DNA of 64,000 nt from Epithemia pelagica (GCA_946965045.2 OX337241.1:558001-622000); one strand, 5' to 3'; shown: positions 1 to 12,001, counted from the stretch's first letter. Numbers and translations are program-made. Notes: generated by a model from the letters alone, not told the origin.

Positions 1-2
1 AA

Positions 3-1304
3 TTGGAGGAACATGTGCGAAAACTCAAGCAAGAATGGACTGATGCCACTAAATTAGAACAAGAAGCCCTCGAAGTACGACAGCGATTATTTGGGGGCCG
101 TATTGTATCAAGAACAGATACAATGGGGGATCTTGGACGCGATGCAAAGAGTTTGCATCGAATGTTTCCGGGTACCAACGGTGGTGACATGGCGGTCATT
201 GTAGATGATCGTGAAGATGTTTGGGCCAATGGCCTAGTGGCACAACGACAACAACAACTGTCGTCTTCGTCATCATCAAACGCTCAAGATCAAGGCACAC
301 ATGCGGGCGAACCTCCTGACAATTTGCTTTTGGTAAAGCCCTACCATTGGGGACCCTTTTCAGGATTTGCCGATGTGAACAATGCTTCTGGAACTGACTG
401 GTCCAAGCAAAATGCTCCTTCTGGGACCGAATCAGCTTCAACAAGTGAACAGAAACAACAACATCCGTCAGACAATAACAAAAAGGTGATGGCTCCGACT
501 ACGGTGAAGGAGGAAGATGACGAACAACTATTATGGACGGCAGACATCTTGCATCGTATCCACAAAGCATACTACGAAGACCACAAAAACGACGTCAATC
601 AAACGGTACCAGCAGTGGTTCGAAAACTACGGAGTGAAGTGTTGAAGGGAAGCGACGTCCTTTTATCTGGTCTGGTACCACTTCATCGACAACAACCCTC
701 AACGGATGGCAACACAAGAATCAGACGCCCTCGCCCGCAGTTTATTCGGTATGCAGAAACTCTGGGTGCCAAAGTGTCCTCGCAAGTTCATTCGGACTTG
801 ACCCATGTGATAGCGGCGAAGGAGGGAACCGAAAAAGTCCTCGCAGCCCGTCAACAAGCTCCCAATTGTTCCATCGTGAAAGCATCATGGATAATGGAAT
901 GCGTGTGGAGCTTCACCTTGCGGAATGTTGAAACGCACTTGTGGCCGTTACTGTTGTCCACCAGCCGGATCAATGATGAAAGCAAACGTCGCAGTCAGCA
1001 CCTCAACCATTTAAAGCCTCTGATTGAGAATTTGACGGAACCCAAACCATTAAAGCCAATTCCTCCCGTACAAGACAATGACGCTACAAACGCAGTTGAT
1101 AAGGTCACAACAAGCATAACATTTGAAGCGGGAACGGGTGATGAGACGAAGGATGTGGCTAATGAATTCAATGTTGATTCCGACATTATCTATGGTTTGG
1201 AGCGTGAAGAGAACGAAGAAGACGGCGAAAACTATGATGATGACGACGACGACGATGATGATGATCTTGCGGCCGAATTTGAACGGGAAATGTGGGATGG
1301 TTGA
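3..1304 (+). CDS. FCP1: RNA polymerase II CTD phosphatase FCP1/CPL-like, C-terminal part (5'-partial)
   Basis: FCP-homology C-terminal motifs (DLGRDAKSLHRMFP, AVIVDDREDVW, NLLLVKPYHW) followed by a BRCT domain (LSGLVP...LGAKV...LTHVIAAKEGTEKV...SWIMEC) and an acidic tail. The ORF is open from the window edge. Confidence 0.85.
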   Translation: MEEHVRKLKQEWTDATKLEQEALEVRQRLFGGRIVSRTDTMGDLGRDAKSLHRMFPGTNGGDMAVIVDDREDVWANGLVAQRQQQLSSSSSSNAQDQGTHAGEPPDNLLLVKPYHWGPFSGFADVNNASGTDWSKQNAPSGTESASTSEQKQQHPSDNNKKVMAPTTVKEEDDEQLLWTADILHRIHKAYYEDHKNDVNQTVPAVVRKLRSEVLKGSDVLLSGLVPLHRQQPSTDGNTRIRRPRPQFIRYAETLGAKVSSQVHSDLTHVIAAKEGTEKVLAARQQAPNCSIVKASWIMECVWSFTLRNVETHLWPLLLSTSRINDESKRRSQHLNHLKPLIENLTEPKPLKPIPPVQDNDATNAVDKVTTSITFEAGTGDETKDVANEFNVDSDIIYGLEREENEEDGENYDDDDDDDDDDLAAEFEREMWDG

Positions 1305-2024
1305 TGAAAGTCCCACCAGTGGAAATGAGTCTGAGTCCAGTCGTTTTAATCCGACGCCTGAGCAACAGAGCTCGGCGTTCTTTTGAAGATGTATCACACC
1401 GTCGGCAAAAGCCAGATGCATCATCAGCTTTGCGCGTGACGTCGTCGATTGTCACAGCAGTCCCGTACGGGGAACATGGCACATTGACTTTGGTTCTGCA
1501 GTATCATTATCCCCGTACTCTTCAAGCACAACGCCATATTCGGTGTCTAACACGTCTTCCCCGGCTTCGACAGGTTTTCGAAGAACATCCGATGAAGCAG
1601 ATTGGGAGATTTGGAAAGGAACCTACGATTATCTGAAGAATCATAGCTTCCAGTTCACTATTTGTAGGCTCGAGGAATAGGTCAGCAGCGAAGAGGATCT
1701 GCATCTTTGACTTCCAAAGCTTGCCAATTGCTGAACGATTGCTCTTCCTATACTTTTGCCTGAAATATTGAACTCATGCGCTAAGATAAAACTACAAACC
1801 GGAGAACCGTGCCACTCTAGTATTGTTCATTTCGAGGAACGTATCAACACGCATCGCATCCTCGTTGTCCAAGAGGGCGAACATCGATCCAACTAAAACA
1901 TGTATGACATTGCTCTATGTATAATGTTTATTCCATGTATATCGATCGAGCTGTCAAGCTCATCATGTACGGACTACATGAGACATGGGTGGATTGGGTA
2001 ACTCATCTCTCCTTTTGGTGCGCA

Positions 2025-5000
2025 TCATCGAGGAATTGCGGCCACGCTTTTCATGTAAGCGTTCCGAAGCGAATCGTCCACTTGCGGTGGATCTCTCATG
2101 TACTGCGCATGACATTGCATTGCCTTGACACCACCATTAATCCCTCCGGGCAAAACGCCTCGTCCCACACGAACCACGCCGTCATTGGGTTCACCAATCA
2201 AGGCGTGGGTGAGCATATGACAATAGTTGTATCGATCCTTGTGTTCTTCATATTGGGTCCGGTAATAAGTGACTCGTTTCCGAGCCCAGGGTTGCATATT
2301 GTCCAACCAATTTTCGGCCCCTTCCTCGGTCAAGTCGTGGACCGACCCACAGCCCAACCCAAAAATGGCGCCCATGGAAGCCGCCATTCCGGCCAGGTTG
2401 GTTCCTTGAAAGGGTGTACCCAGCGTTTGAATCCATCGTCCTTCGTATTGATTGTTGTCCAAACAACTCCAATAAAAATTATGCATGTGCAGTGCGGCGG
2501 CTCCCCCTTGGGAATGGGCCACAATGTTGCCCGACATTCCGCCCGCTTCGTAGGGACACACTTTTTGCCGAATTGCATAGGCAAACTGATCATGGGTGCT
2601 GCTGCTATAGGGGTCTTCGTATCGCACCACGGTATGTCGACCCGAGGAAAAGTGTGCCACGGGCCATGTATTTTGGGAACAATATCCGTGCACTAAAATA
2701 AATTTGTGGTTGGGCGATCGAAGTCGTCGTGGACCATGATTTGTTTCATTCCCAACCACGGAAGAGGAGGGAGACGACAAGACACGTGGTCTTCGACCCA
2801 TGCGCATTTCGTCATGAACGTCTCGCTCTTCCTGGGTTGGAACTTGACTCAGCAGTCTGCGAGCGGCCAACGTTGTCGTAGAAGTAGCCGTTGAAAACGA
2901 AGAAGAGTTGCCAAAACTCTCCCGATCAGAGTCTTGATGATGATCCGCAAAGAGACGGCGGCGATGGCCATGGGGACTGTGTTCCGTTGGTGTTGTTGTC
3001 GTAGTACTCATTCGGTGCGTAATTTGATAGCCATTGTTGGGATCTTGACAAACCACATCTTCAATGTCCACATCCCATCCCGATTCCACGTCCGACAAGT
3101 CCAAGGCGTCCAATCCTCGTCGAATCCATCCCACATGCACGACAATCAAGGGCGATTCCGGAGTCACCATGGCAGCCACATCGACAATGGAATGTTGTTG
3201 TTGTTGTTGTTGTTGACGATCCTCCGACGACACGACCCACGAGCCTTGGTCCTTTCGATCAGAACCTGGTGTCGTTTTTTCTCCCATTTTGGTGGCGGTG
3301 GTTGGTTTGGTTGTCTGTTTCTTTTGGGTGGACAGTTTGGTTGTTTCGGGTGGTGGTGATGATGATGGCTCATTGGCAGCGACCAAGACAACCAATCCGA
3401 CCCGAATGGTACAAAGCAACCGACGATGATCCGGTCCGACGTGTTGATCGTCCTTGTTTCTATTATGGGGAAGACCCGCCAAGGACACTTGGACATCGCC
3501 CTCTTGCGTCAAATTGGTGGACTCGATCCACACGGGTTGCACCGGTGGTGGTTGCCACCACGGCAAGGACCACCACGCTGGATCTTGGTCGTCTTCTTGT
3601 GGTGATGGTGGTGGTGGCGTGGACAAGAGATGGCTTCGTTGGTAGACATGTCCATCGTGGGTTTCCACTTCATAATGCAACACCACGACCAAGTCCTTGT
3701 GGTTCCGGTCGTCGTCGTCGTCAGCACTGGTCGTCGCAGGAGTGCTGGGAGGATGCTCGCTCTCCGTACTCCACTCACCAGAAGTCGACGCATTCAAGAC
3801 GGTATTGTTGGTCCCCCTTCGCCAATCATCTTCTCCCACAATGGCCAGCACATTGTCATGACGACCATCGAGGACTCGTTCCATGATTTTATTGATTTGC
3901 ACATGGACCATGTGTTGTCTTCGTGGAGATCTCAAGGACGTGGACGAACCATTGTTGTTGTTGTTGTCATCATCATCATCATCATCATCATCATTCGAGT
4001 CGTCTTGGACCGTCCTTCTCCTTCTTTTCCTTCGTCGGTGTGTGCCGCCATTTGGCAGCGGCAAGGGCGATTCAAAGGCTTCGACTTGAACGCCTCGAAT
4101 GGTGGCGGTGGAATCCACCAGGGTGGGCCGCACCACTTGACGTGTCTTGGTGCGATTGCCGATTCGAATCCGTTGCAAAAAGGATTCCACCACGACGCCT
4201 TCCTGGCGATTGACTTGATCCAACATGACCACGACAAAGTCCACCGCTGAGGAGGACGACTGTTTGTCATCGTCCTTGTTGTGATTGTGGTTGTTGTGCG
4301 CTTTGGGGGTGTGTTTGTGTGGTTTGTGGGTACGACTGTGGTGGCTTGCCCTGGCAGCCGTAGCCGATGGAGCCGTGCACGAGACTTGGACTCGCGAACC
4401 TTCGGGAGGCACGTTGGAATAGTCAAAGGGAAATCCAATGGATCCTTCTGAATCGGACAAGCCAAAACAATTGTGCAGCAATTCCTTGTTGGTTGTTGTG
4501 GAATGGTTGGTCGTTCGGGTGGTGGCAATGGGAAAGGAATGGGAATGAAGAATTCCCCTTGCTCCGGGAGCAATTTGCAACTCGAGTTGGGGGACATGCA
4601 AGGGCCAGGACGACAAGACCGCCTCATTTTCATGGACATCTTGGAGGGGTATGGGAAGACACACCACTCCATGGCCCGCACCCGAACTCAATTTGAATTC
4701 CATGGTATTCTTCGAGGATGATGATGGATCACACGAGGCAAAGACAATGGAAGCTTGGGACGTGGCATTGGAGGACCACCAGGAAAAGGGTTTTTGGTTG
4801 TTCTGGTGGTTGGTATTGAATTCTTCTTGTTGTTGCTTGGCATCGCGTCGTTGGTTTGGTACCTTGTCGGACAAGCGACGCGATTGTTGAATGAGGGATT
4901 CATCGGCCACCATTTTGGCATGCAGCAAGGGCGGCTGGGCCTGGCACTGGGGACACACCCACCACCCAACGCCCACCAGAACAAGTACCAGTACCTCCAC

Positions 5001-5057
5001 CACTCGCCGCCGCAACGGCCGGCGGATGCGATGCGGCACGACCGTGTTGTTCCTCAT
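2025..5057 (-). CDS. Secreted conditioned-medium-factor (CMF)-like protein with C-terminal alpha/beta-hydrolase domain
   Basis: 1010-aa ORF with an N-terminal hydrophobic signal (VLVLVLVGVGWW...CQA). The C-terminal domain has LVHGYCS, AHSQGG (GxSxG-type elbow), YWSCLD, QTLGTPFQGTNLAG, NDGVV and QCH, matching my recollection of the Dictyostelium CMF/bacterial homolog family. Confidence 0.65.
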   Translation of the reverse strand: MRNNTVVPHRIRRPLRRRVVEVLVLVLVGVGWWVCPQCQAQPPLLHAKMVADESLIQQSRRLSDKVPNQRRDAKQQQEEFNTNHQNNQKPFSWWSSNATSQASIVFASCDPSSSSKNTMEFKLSSGAGHGVVCLPIPLQDVHENEAVLSSWPLHVPQLELQIAPGARGILHSHSFPIATTRTTNHSTTTNKELLHNCFGLSDSEGSIGFPFDYSNVPPEGSRVQVSCTAPSATAARASHHSRTHKPHKHTPKAHNNHNHNKDDDKQSSSSAVDFVVVMLDQVNRQEGVVVESFLQRIRIGNRTKTRQVVRPTLVDSTATIRGVQVEAFESPLPLPNGGTHRRRKRRRRTVQDDSNDDDDDDDDDNNNNNGSSTSLRSPRRQHMVHVQINKIMERVLDGRHDNVLAIVGEDDWRRGTNNTVLNASTSGEWSTESEHPPSTPATTSADDDDDRNHKDLVVVLHYEVETHDGHVYQRSHLLSTPPPPSPQEDDQDPAWWSLPWWQPPPVQPVWIESTNLTQEGDVQVSLAGLPHNRNKDDQHVGPDHRRLLCTIRVGLVVLVAANEPSSSPPPETTKLSTQKKQTTKPTTATKMGEKTTPGSDRKDQGSWVVSSEDRQQQQQQQHSIVDVAAMVTPESPLIVVHVGWIRRGLDALDLSDVESGWDVDIEDVVCQDPNNGYQITHRMSTTTTTPTEHSPHGHRRRLFADHHQDSDRESFGNSSSFSTATSTTTLAARRLLSQVPTQEERDVHDEMRMGRRPRVLSSPSSSVVGNETNHGPRRLRSPNHKFILVHGYCSQNTWPVAHFSSGRHTVVRYEDPYSSSTHDQFAYAIRQKVCPYEAGGMSGNIVAHSQGGAAALHMHNFYWSCLDNNQYEGRWIQTLGTPFQGTNLAGMAASMGAIFGLGCGSVHDLTEEGAENWLDNMQPWARKRVTYYRTQYEEHKDRYNYCHMLTHALIGEPNDGVVRVGRGVLPGGINGGVKAMQCHAQYMRDPPQVDDSLRNAYMKSVAAIPR

Positions 5058-5590
5058 GTTGAGTCCTTGATATTTTTTGTGTATTCTTGGAAAATTCTGG
5101 CTTTCTCAATGGCTCTGTTGCAGGAATGTCCTCTCACTCTCCCAATGATTCATTCACCCACAACCTGCAGTGTAAAAGTGTGCTCTCTCTTTGGCTTGCT
5201 TCCAAATTCCAAACATAAAACAGAATAGATGACGACCACCAAGACGCAATTCCAACAACAGAGCAGAAAACAAGATCGAACAATAGAACGATAGTCTCAA
5301 GTCTCAAGAGGAGAATTCTCTGCTGGCGTTGCATCGTTGGGTGTTCTTTGTTGCAGCCCTTCGCGGGCATTCTCATCTCATGGAACGACTGCAAACTGCA
5401 AACTGCAAACGTGCCAACAACCGTATGCGTCGTGTGGTGGTGGGTGATGGTCGGACGCGAATCTTCCCCCAAAATGATGCATAGGGTGCGACAGCTTTTT
5501 GTGCGACCGAAAAATGAGGAACAGATGCTACCCAGGCTATCTCCTTTTTCTCTTTCTTCGATGAACCTCTCTTTGAACGTGTATTGTCAA

Positions 5591-6115
5591 TCTCTCTCTC
5601 TCTACTCTAATAGCTGTGTTCGTTCACGAGGATGCGCGTCCTCTCGAGACTCACCCCAAACTCGCTCTTCGAGCTGCTAGCTAGTAGAGTTGTGTATTTT
5701 TGGGCGGCCGGTCCAGCTGCAATGAACGACGACACTGGTGTGGGTTCGGCCCTTGTCGTCGTCTTTGTAGAAGAACTCTCTCTCTCTCTACTAGCAGTTA
5801 GTTCACGAGGATGCGCGTCCTCTCGAGACTCGCCCCACACTTGGTACTCGAGCTGCTAGCTAGTAGAGTTGTATTCTTGGGCGGCCGGTCCAGTTGCAAT
5901 GAACGACGACACTGGTGGGTTCGGCCCTTGTCGTTGTCGTCGTCGTCGTTGTAGAAGAACTCTCTCTCTCTCTCTCTACTAGCAGTTAGTTCACGAGGAT
6001 GCGCGTCCTCTCGAGACTCGCCCCACACTCGGTGCTCGAGCTGCTAGCTAGTAGAGTTGTATTCTTGGGCGGCCGGTCCAGTTGCAATGAACGACGACAC
6101 TGGTGTGGTGGGTTC
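5591..6115. repeat. Tandem repeat, 3 units of ~179-188 bp
   Basis: GTTCACGAGGATGCGCGTCCTCTCGAGACT recurs at 5622, 5801 and 5989. Each unit contains a (CT)n tract and a copy of the HACD stop-codon region. Confidence 0.95.
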
Positions 6116-6925
6116 AACACTGGTCGTCGTGGATTCCAAAAATTTGCGGCGCTGTTTCAGCAACTGTGTCAGGAGGGAATAAAATCCCAGGGGCCACAAA
6201 CCTAGAATCAACATCCACAAATACGGCCGTCCGCCCTGGACTGCCACATGTCCCAACATGCACACTTCCCCAATGACACCCAGGGGAAATAAAATGGGAC
6301 CGGCCGTATAGCGAATCCATTTCGCCGCATGTGAAATCCTCATTCGTATTCGTTGGGAGGTGGTTGTGGTGGTTGTCGGTGCGGATACGGGAGGGTTGGC
6401 CAAAGAAGAAGAAGACGAGGAGGAGCACCACTCGTACTCGACGGCCGTGCAACCGGCAAAACAGGCAAATCGAATGGTATCGCCCAAGGACCAACACAAG
6501 ACGGTCCACAAATGGGCTCGTTGGAGACAGCCCAGTGGCAAGAGGGGTGTCACGAGGTATTCAATGCCCCATCGGACCGAGGCAAACAAACCGACTTGGA
6601 GTGGATGGGAGCGAGTCGTAGCCACAATGGCATTCACGACTTCCCAAAATCCAGCAATGACGGCCAAATGCACGGCAGGGGTCAAGTGCGAGACACACCA
6701 ATCGTCCGTTTCGTCGTCGTGGGTTGGAACGACAAACGAATAAAGCACCAACGTGATGAGGACTCGGGCCCAAATCACCAAGAGTGTGGCATTCACAAAC
6801 AACATGTACAGTCCTCCTCCTCCTCCTCCTCCCGCCGTCAATCTTCTGGGACCATTACTCCCAGACTCTCCTGTCGTCGTCTCACCTGGCTGTTGTTGTT
6901 GTGGTAGAAGCGGTTGCTCTTCCAT
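6044..6925 (-). CDS. HACD: Very-long-chain (3R)-3-hydroxyacyl-CoA dehydratase (HACD/PTPLA/PHS1 family)
   Basis: Multi-TM protein with WEVVNAIV, WSLGDTIRF (WSxxExIRY-like) and WIRYTAGPILFPLGVIGE (RYTxFxxLYPxG-like). Probable ATG at 6925 (MEEQP); the ORF track extends to 6994. Confidence 0.75.
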   Translation of the reverse strand: MEEQPLLPQQQQPGETTTGESGSNGPRRLTAGGGGGGGLYMLFVNATLLVIWARVLITLVLYSFVVPTHDDETDDWCVSHLTPAVHLAVIAGFWEVVNAIVATTRSHPLQVGLFASVRWGIEYLVTPLLPLGCLQRAHLWTVLCWSLGDTIRFACFAGCTAVEYEWCSSSSSSSLANPPVSAPTTTTTTSQRIRMRISHAAKWIRYTAGPILFPLGVIGEVCMLGHVAVQGGRPYLWMLILGLWPLGFYSLLTQLLKQRRKFLESTTTSVEPTTPVSSFIATGPAAQEYNSTS

Positions 6926-7582
6926 GGTGAAGATGATCCGTTCGGCTCTTTGCGAATCTTTGTGATGGATCCGAGTGTGACATCCGCGACCCATTCGACG
7001 GCTTCAAAAATGAATCGCACAAAAAGGTCGCGCTTTTAGAAACGACACACGTCAGACAGTTTGTGTGGTTCTCCGTTGCTCAGAGAAGTCGCGGATGAAG
7101 TGCGGGTTTGGGGTTCGTATTTGTAACTTGTGACACAAGACAGACACTTCTTTCAAAGAATCGCATCTGGTCCCTTCTGCAAGGAATTCTCAAATCTCGC
7201 CTCGTGCGAAGTTCGCACGTGAACCACGCATTCCAACCCTCACACCTTTGCCATCCAATCAACGTGCCGGTCCAGCTCAGACCATCACCATCGAAGCAGT
7301 TTGGAACATCTTCTCTTCGCTTTTTGTGTTTTGACTTTGTGTTAAACGTTACACCCCATTGATTGAGACGACAAGGGACAAGGATTGTGGTTTCGTTTGA
7401 TTTCATTGAAGCTCTAGAGAAACCGCAGCACTCAAAAAGCAGAATCATACCCACACCTTGACACTATTGATACCTTCCAATCTCCAACAACACCAACAAG
7501 CCTCATTCTTTGGCATTTCAATCACTTTTTAAAAGATTATTTATCGTACACAGTCTCTATCATTGCTCCAAGAACAACAACA

Positions 7583-8348
7583 ATGGGACCGTCCTACCTT
7601 TTTTGCCTTGTGACCTTCTTGGCTCAATACGAACATTCGTTGTTGGTGCAAGCCTTTGGCGTTCCGACCTCCGGGTCGCCGTCCATGACGAGCAGGACGT
7701 TGCTACATTTGAAACCACAACAGGGTTCCGAACTGGTACAAGCATCGGAACATCTCTATGGTCCGCACGATAATGACGACGACGACGATGACGAGTCTCG
7801 TCCTCCCGCACACCCGGTAGTGGAAAAGCAACGATCCTTTGTGCGTCGGGCCTTTTCCTTACCCTCATATTTGTGGCATCCTCATGCCAAAGCGGAAGGC
7901 CTCCGCATGTACCATACCAATAAGAACGACCATCATGCTGTCAACCATCCAAATGAAAAGATTGCGACAAAGCATCATCCGGACACAAAGAAGAATGATT
8001 TTGTCCAAGAAGTGTTTCATGATGTTCATGAACTTCATAAATATGAGGATGTGGTCTATTTTCCGGTACGTTCGAACCATCTAGTAGTGTTGATGGACGA
8101 TACACACTTGGATCCGTCATTTTCTCACTGTAACGTTTGCTCTGGACCACCAGATTATTGGATTCACCTTTGTGAAAGATGCACCTGGACATTCAAGGCC
8201 CTTGCCTGGATTGACAAATCCATCCTGTCGGTTGCACGATGACAATGAAGTTTACTACGGAAGCTTCCATCCAGATCCCACGCGAAGAGCTCAAGAGAAC
8301 AATGGCGATCTGTCGACGCCCAACGATGAGTCTTCTACGTTGCCATAA
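7583..8348 (+). CDS. Hypothetical signal-peptide/plastid-targeted protein; exons 7583-8065, 8154-8348
   Basis: Signal peptide ending VQA-F. A GTACGT...CCAG intron (8066-8153) joins DVVYFP to IIGFTFVKDAPGHSRPLPGLTNPSCRL in frame, ending TAA at 8346-8348. Confidence 0.7.
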
Positions 8349-8921
8349 AGAAAAGGAAACTTTTCTGCGATCAACGAGTTCCTTCTCCAAAGAAAAGGGC
8401 AAACTGCCAACTCCCAACGAAGGACCCTTCAAGCTACCACAAGAAGACACGATTCTGCCTCATCGCTGACAGGCAATGTCACTCTCGCCACTCCTTATTC
8501 GCATTCTTGCCCTCTTTTCAAGAAGATACATACCTTGCATTTTTGGATGTTGATTTAGTTTCTGTTGTTGTATTAATGGACCGCGCTTCAAATTGCATTT
8601 CCGAGCTTTCTTTCCCCTATCAGGATGTTCCTTAGATTATAGTGATCATCCTCTCTATGGTTCAAGAAATTAGAGCGCTTCAAAAACATTTGTTTTAGCA
8701 ACAGTTATGTGCATGTTTTAATTGGAACCAAGAAAGGGTATCTTCTCGCCAGTGGTTCCACAAGCGATCTACTAGTGATGTTTCCGAAGAGCAGCTGCAT
8801 CTGAGTGCATCCCCCACGTAGAAAATCAGACCAAGGTGATGGTCCATGCGTCTCGCTTGATTAAAAGTCCAACACGGAGTCTTGAGGAGGAGGAGGAGCG
8901 CAAATTCCAACGTTTCAAGTG

Positions 8922-9842
8922 TCATCTGTTCTCCGTCTCTGGACTAAACGTTCCGGAAGATTCCTCGGACACGTTGTTGTTGATGATAATGACTTCAGGT
9001 TCTGAAATGAAGCGTACCATTTGCTGCGGGCCTTGTGAATTTTCCTTCAAGATTGAGAGCGCTCTTGGTGGAGGGGGAGGAAGTCCATTCGAGTCCGTAC
9101 TGCGGTGAGTATCCAAAGTGGACATGCTGTTACTCTCTCTTCTTTGTTGTTGCAACAACAATGATCGACGGCTTCCTTGCTTGGGAACATAGGTCTTGTT
9201 CGGCACCAACATGTAGAGCGTCCCATAAAAGAAGGGCAAGGCGGCACCCTTCGGAGCTTTCCGCCATTTCTCCGAGTGCGGTTGCTTGACTTCCGTTGCC
9301 AACAACCACTTCTTCTTGCTTCCACTTGTCTTGCTGGTGACTGTAATCACGGTTCCTCGGATTACGGCGAAATCACGCGGCCAATTCATATTGTTGTGTA
9401 GCCAGGTGCGGCCGGTAGGATCTTCCTGCCAGTGCAATCCGTGTTTGTGTGTGTTGGGGCGGCGCTTTTTCAAGAAAAACTCTTTAATTTCGCTACTGTC
9501 GCCATCTTCTTCCCCTGTCACGGAACTGGTTACAGAACGAAATGACCGGTTCAGGTTTGAGGAAGATGCAATACTTGTGGTTTCGGAGCGGACCTCATCG
9601 TCATCGTCTCCTTCCGCTGGGTTTGAAGAAGGATCTTCCAGGGACATGATACTGTTGCAAGAGGATGGATTAGACTCTTCCGTACCTTCCCAACCACATG
9701 TGCTGGAGGGTAATGTGTTGAGCGACTCCTCCTTGAGCAGCACGGATTTGCGGTTTCGCGGAGACTGCTGCTGCTGCTTGCGGAGCGGATGATCCGCAGC
9801 CATTTTGATGAAACCGGAAGAAGTGCTTTGTTTTTGACCCAT
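8922..9842 (-). CDS. Hypothetical protein with conserved-looking C-terminal domain
   Basis: 306-aa ORF with a low-complexity N-half and a Trp-rich globular segment (GLHWQEDPTGRTWL..NWPRD..WLLATEVKQ..WRKAPKGAALPF). Confidence 0.7.
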   Translation of the reverse strand: MGQKQSTSSGFIKMAADHPLRKQQQQSPRNRKSVLLKEESLNTLPSSTCGWEGTEESNPSSCNSIMSLEDPSSNPAEGDDDDEVRSETTSIASSSNLNRSFRSVTSSVTGEEDGDSSEIKEFFLKKRRPNTHKHGLHWQEDPTGRTWLHNNMNWPRDFAVIRGTVITVTSKTSGSKKKWLLATEVKQPHSEKWRKAPKGAALPFFYGTLYMLVPNKTYVPKQGSRRSLLLQQQRRESNSMSTLDTHRSTDSNGLPPPPPRALSILKENSQGPQQMVRFISEPEVIIINNNVSEESSGTFSPETENR

Positions 9843-10498
9843 GGTTAGTTTGCTTTCAAACTGGATAAATGGATCACCTCAAACAATGAATCAAATCTTG
9901 GTTGCAAAGGACACTGGAGACTACCGTAATCAACACACGATTCCAAAACACGGAAAGAAGCGAAGGGTATTGGTTCACTGGAATGATGGGGGCGATCACT
10001 GCGTGTAGATTGTGTCGGATTTTGCGGCGATATTATCGCGTGTGGTGTGCGGTGCGGCAGTATTTTGCCCGTTGACCTGCTGCCTTTTATTTTTATGGGT
10101 TGCTCTGGTCGTCACGTGTGCGGGTGTCGTCTGGGGGGCCGCACACTTGTTGGACACCTTTGGAAAACGATATGAAATATGAAGCTTTGGGGATGGTCCC
10201 GAGCGGTCCCGAGTTTCCACAAGACCCTCTATGAAGTCCTAATCACACCGCCACCGCATCTCAGATGGAGTGTAACGGTCAAAGCCTGTCCGTCGACCAA
10301 GCACTTGAATCTTCCGTTGGGATTGGCATCCATAGTACTGGAACATCGCGAAATTGCCTTTTGCGCCTGATGGTCAGCAACGTCGGCAACATGACACTCA
10401 TAGCAAAGGCTCGTAGCAGTGGTAGCTTACCAAGTCAACCTATAGATACAATCAGTTGGCATACAAATAGACAACTAACATTCATTAGTCATTAGGCA

Positions 10499-11466
10499 CT
10501 AGTCTTCGTAGTCAACCTGAAATAGTTGTTCGCCGTTGTTGATTGTAAGCTGGCAGACGATGGCAACAGCTCTGAAAACGTCCGCATGCTGGTTGAACTC
10601 GTGTCGAAATGTCTGGGCGAGGCAGCCCCAAAGCTTGAACCTCTTGTTGATTGTTTCCTGACGACTACGGACACGTTGTTGCATTTTTTTCTTTTCGGGT
10701 AGATTGGTGAAGCCCTTTGGGCATTTTACTTTCTGGGGATGTTCCCCGACGTATCCATCATCTGCTTCAATGCGCTCGTTGGGTTCGAGGTGCGAGAGTA
10801 GTGAGTTGCGGAAGATCATAAGATCATTCCACAACCCACACTCATATGGCCCGTTGATCCACACAATATCTCCGGTGCGAATACAAAGGCCCACCTCATA
10901 CCGAAGACCACTCTTTTTAAACTTGTACGAAAAAAACCTGCGGCCATGCTCGGGGACACGAAAGTCCGTCCCATCAACTGACATCAGGCAGTCATTGCCA
11001 ATATCTGTCTTAAACCTATTCTCAAATATTATCTGAAGCAATCTGGTTAGATAAGAAAAGACAGACATCACTTTCGCAAAGTAGGAGCACCACTTACCAC
11101 TAGGGGTTCTAGGTTTGCAATCGCCGGAATGAATAACCACGTCCACTTGCGGAAGGTTTCCGGGTCAACACCACCTACAAGGGCACACAATGACTTTGCA
11201 TTTGAGTAGACCTTCAGAAATAGAAGGGTCCACAACAAATGAGTCATTGTACCCCCTGTAGGTATGGTGTCGGTGGTTCCCAGCAAGGACCACAAAGACA
11301 AAAACACTGCCACCGAACACCCAAAAAAACTCCGGAACTCCAGATCCTCAGTCTCTGGAGAGCGCTGTCTTCGACCATCACGTCCCCAGATCCGACGAGC
11401 AATCCTGAGCACATCATTGGCATCAGGTGGCTCGGGCCGTGGTCGCTTTCGATCTGGTTCATTCAT
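10499..11466 (-). CDS. Harbinger/DDE_Tnp_4-type transposase; exons 11466-11098, 11032-10499 (300 aa)
   Basis: Catalytic motifs SVDGTD, EADDGY and RQETINKRFK. A 65-bp GTAAGT...TTCAG intron joins LEPLV to IIFENRF in frame. Confidence 0.88.
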
Positions 11467-12001
11467 CTTTTGTTGTGACACAGTTTGGTATTTGATGTTG
11501 TCTGGCTGGGGAGCAGGGGTCGTGTGAGAGTTGCACCAACCGACACTCAAGACCCCAAACAAGTTATGCCCAATCATTGATTACACATGAAAAGCAGGAA
11601 GGGTTAGGTGAGTCATCTACTATATGTTCAAAAAGTTCTGTTGGTCATGTCACATGGACATAAAATTATTGGTACATAGCCAACACACCAATCATAGATC
11701 ATAGTTAGGAGTAGTCATAGCCCATGGACAACGGACATTCCTCACAGATCATGCTCATAACCATAATAGAGTGGCAAGACAACAACAACTATTGTAGGAA
11801 CTAGTTAACGATTCTACCGGGACCCATTTGAACTTTGAAGTCATTGGACGTTGAGTTTACTCTATGACATTGGATTCGGGGAAGCACATGAACAAAGAAA
11901 TCACATCTCTGTTGTGTGCTCGTTTCTGATCTTCCATAGATGAATATATGCCCTGTATGTGTGATTGAATAATTGATTTTCTGTACAGGTTTTTTGTTTT
12001 A

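Noticed and set aside
5591-6115. Regularly spaced repeats as a CRISPR array (also 12002-12250 and 21061-21260)
   Set aside because: These are contiguous tandem units without unique spacers, there are no cas genes, and the context is eukaryotic.
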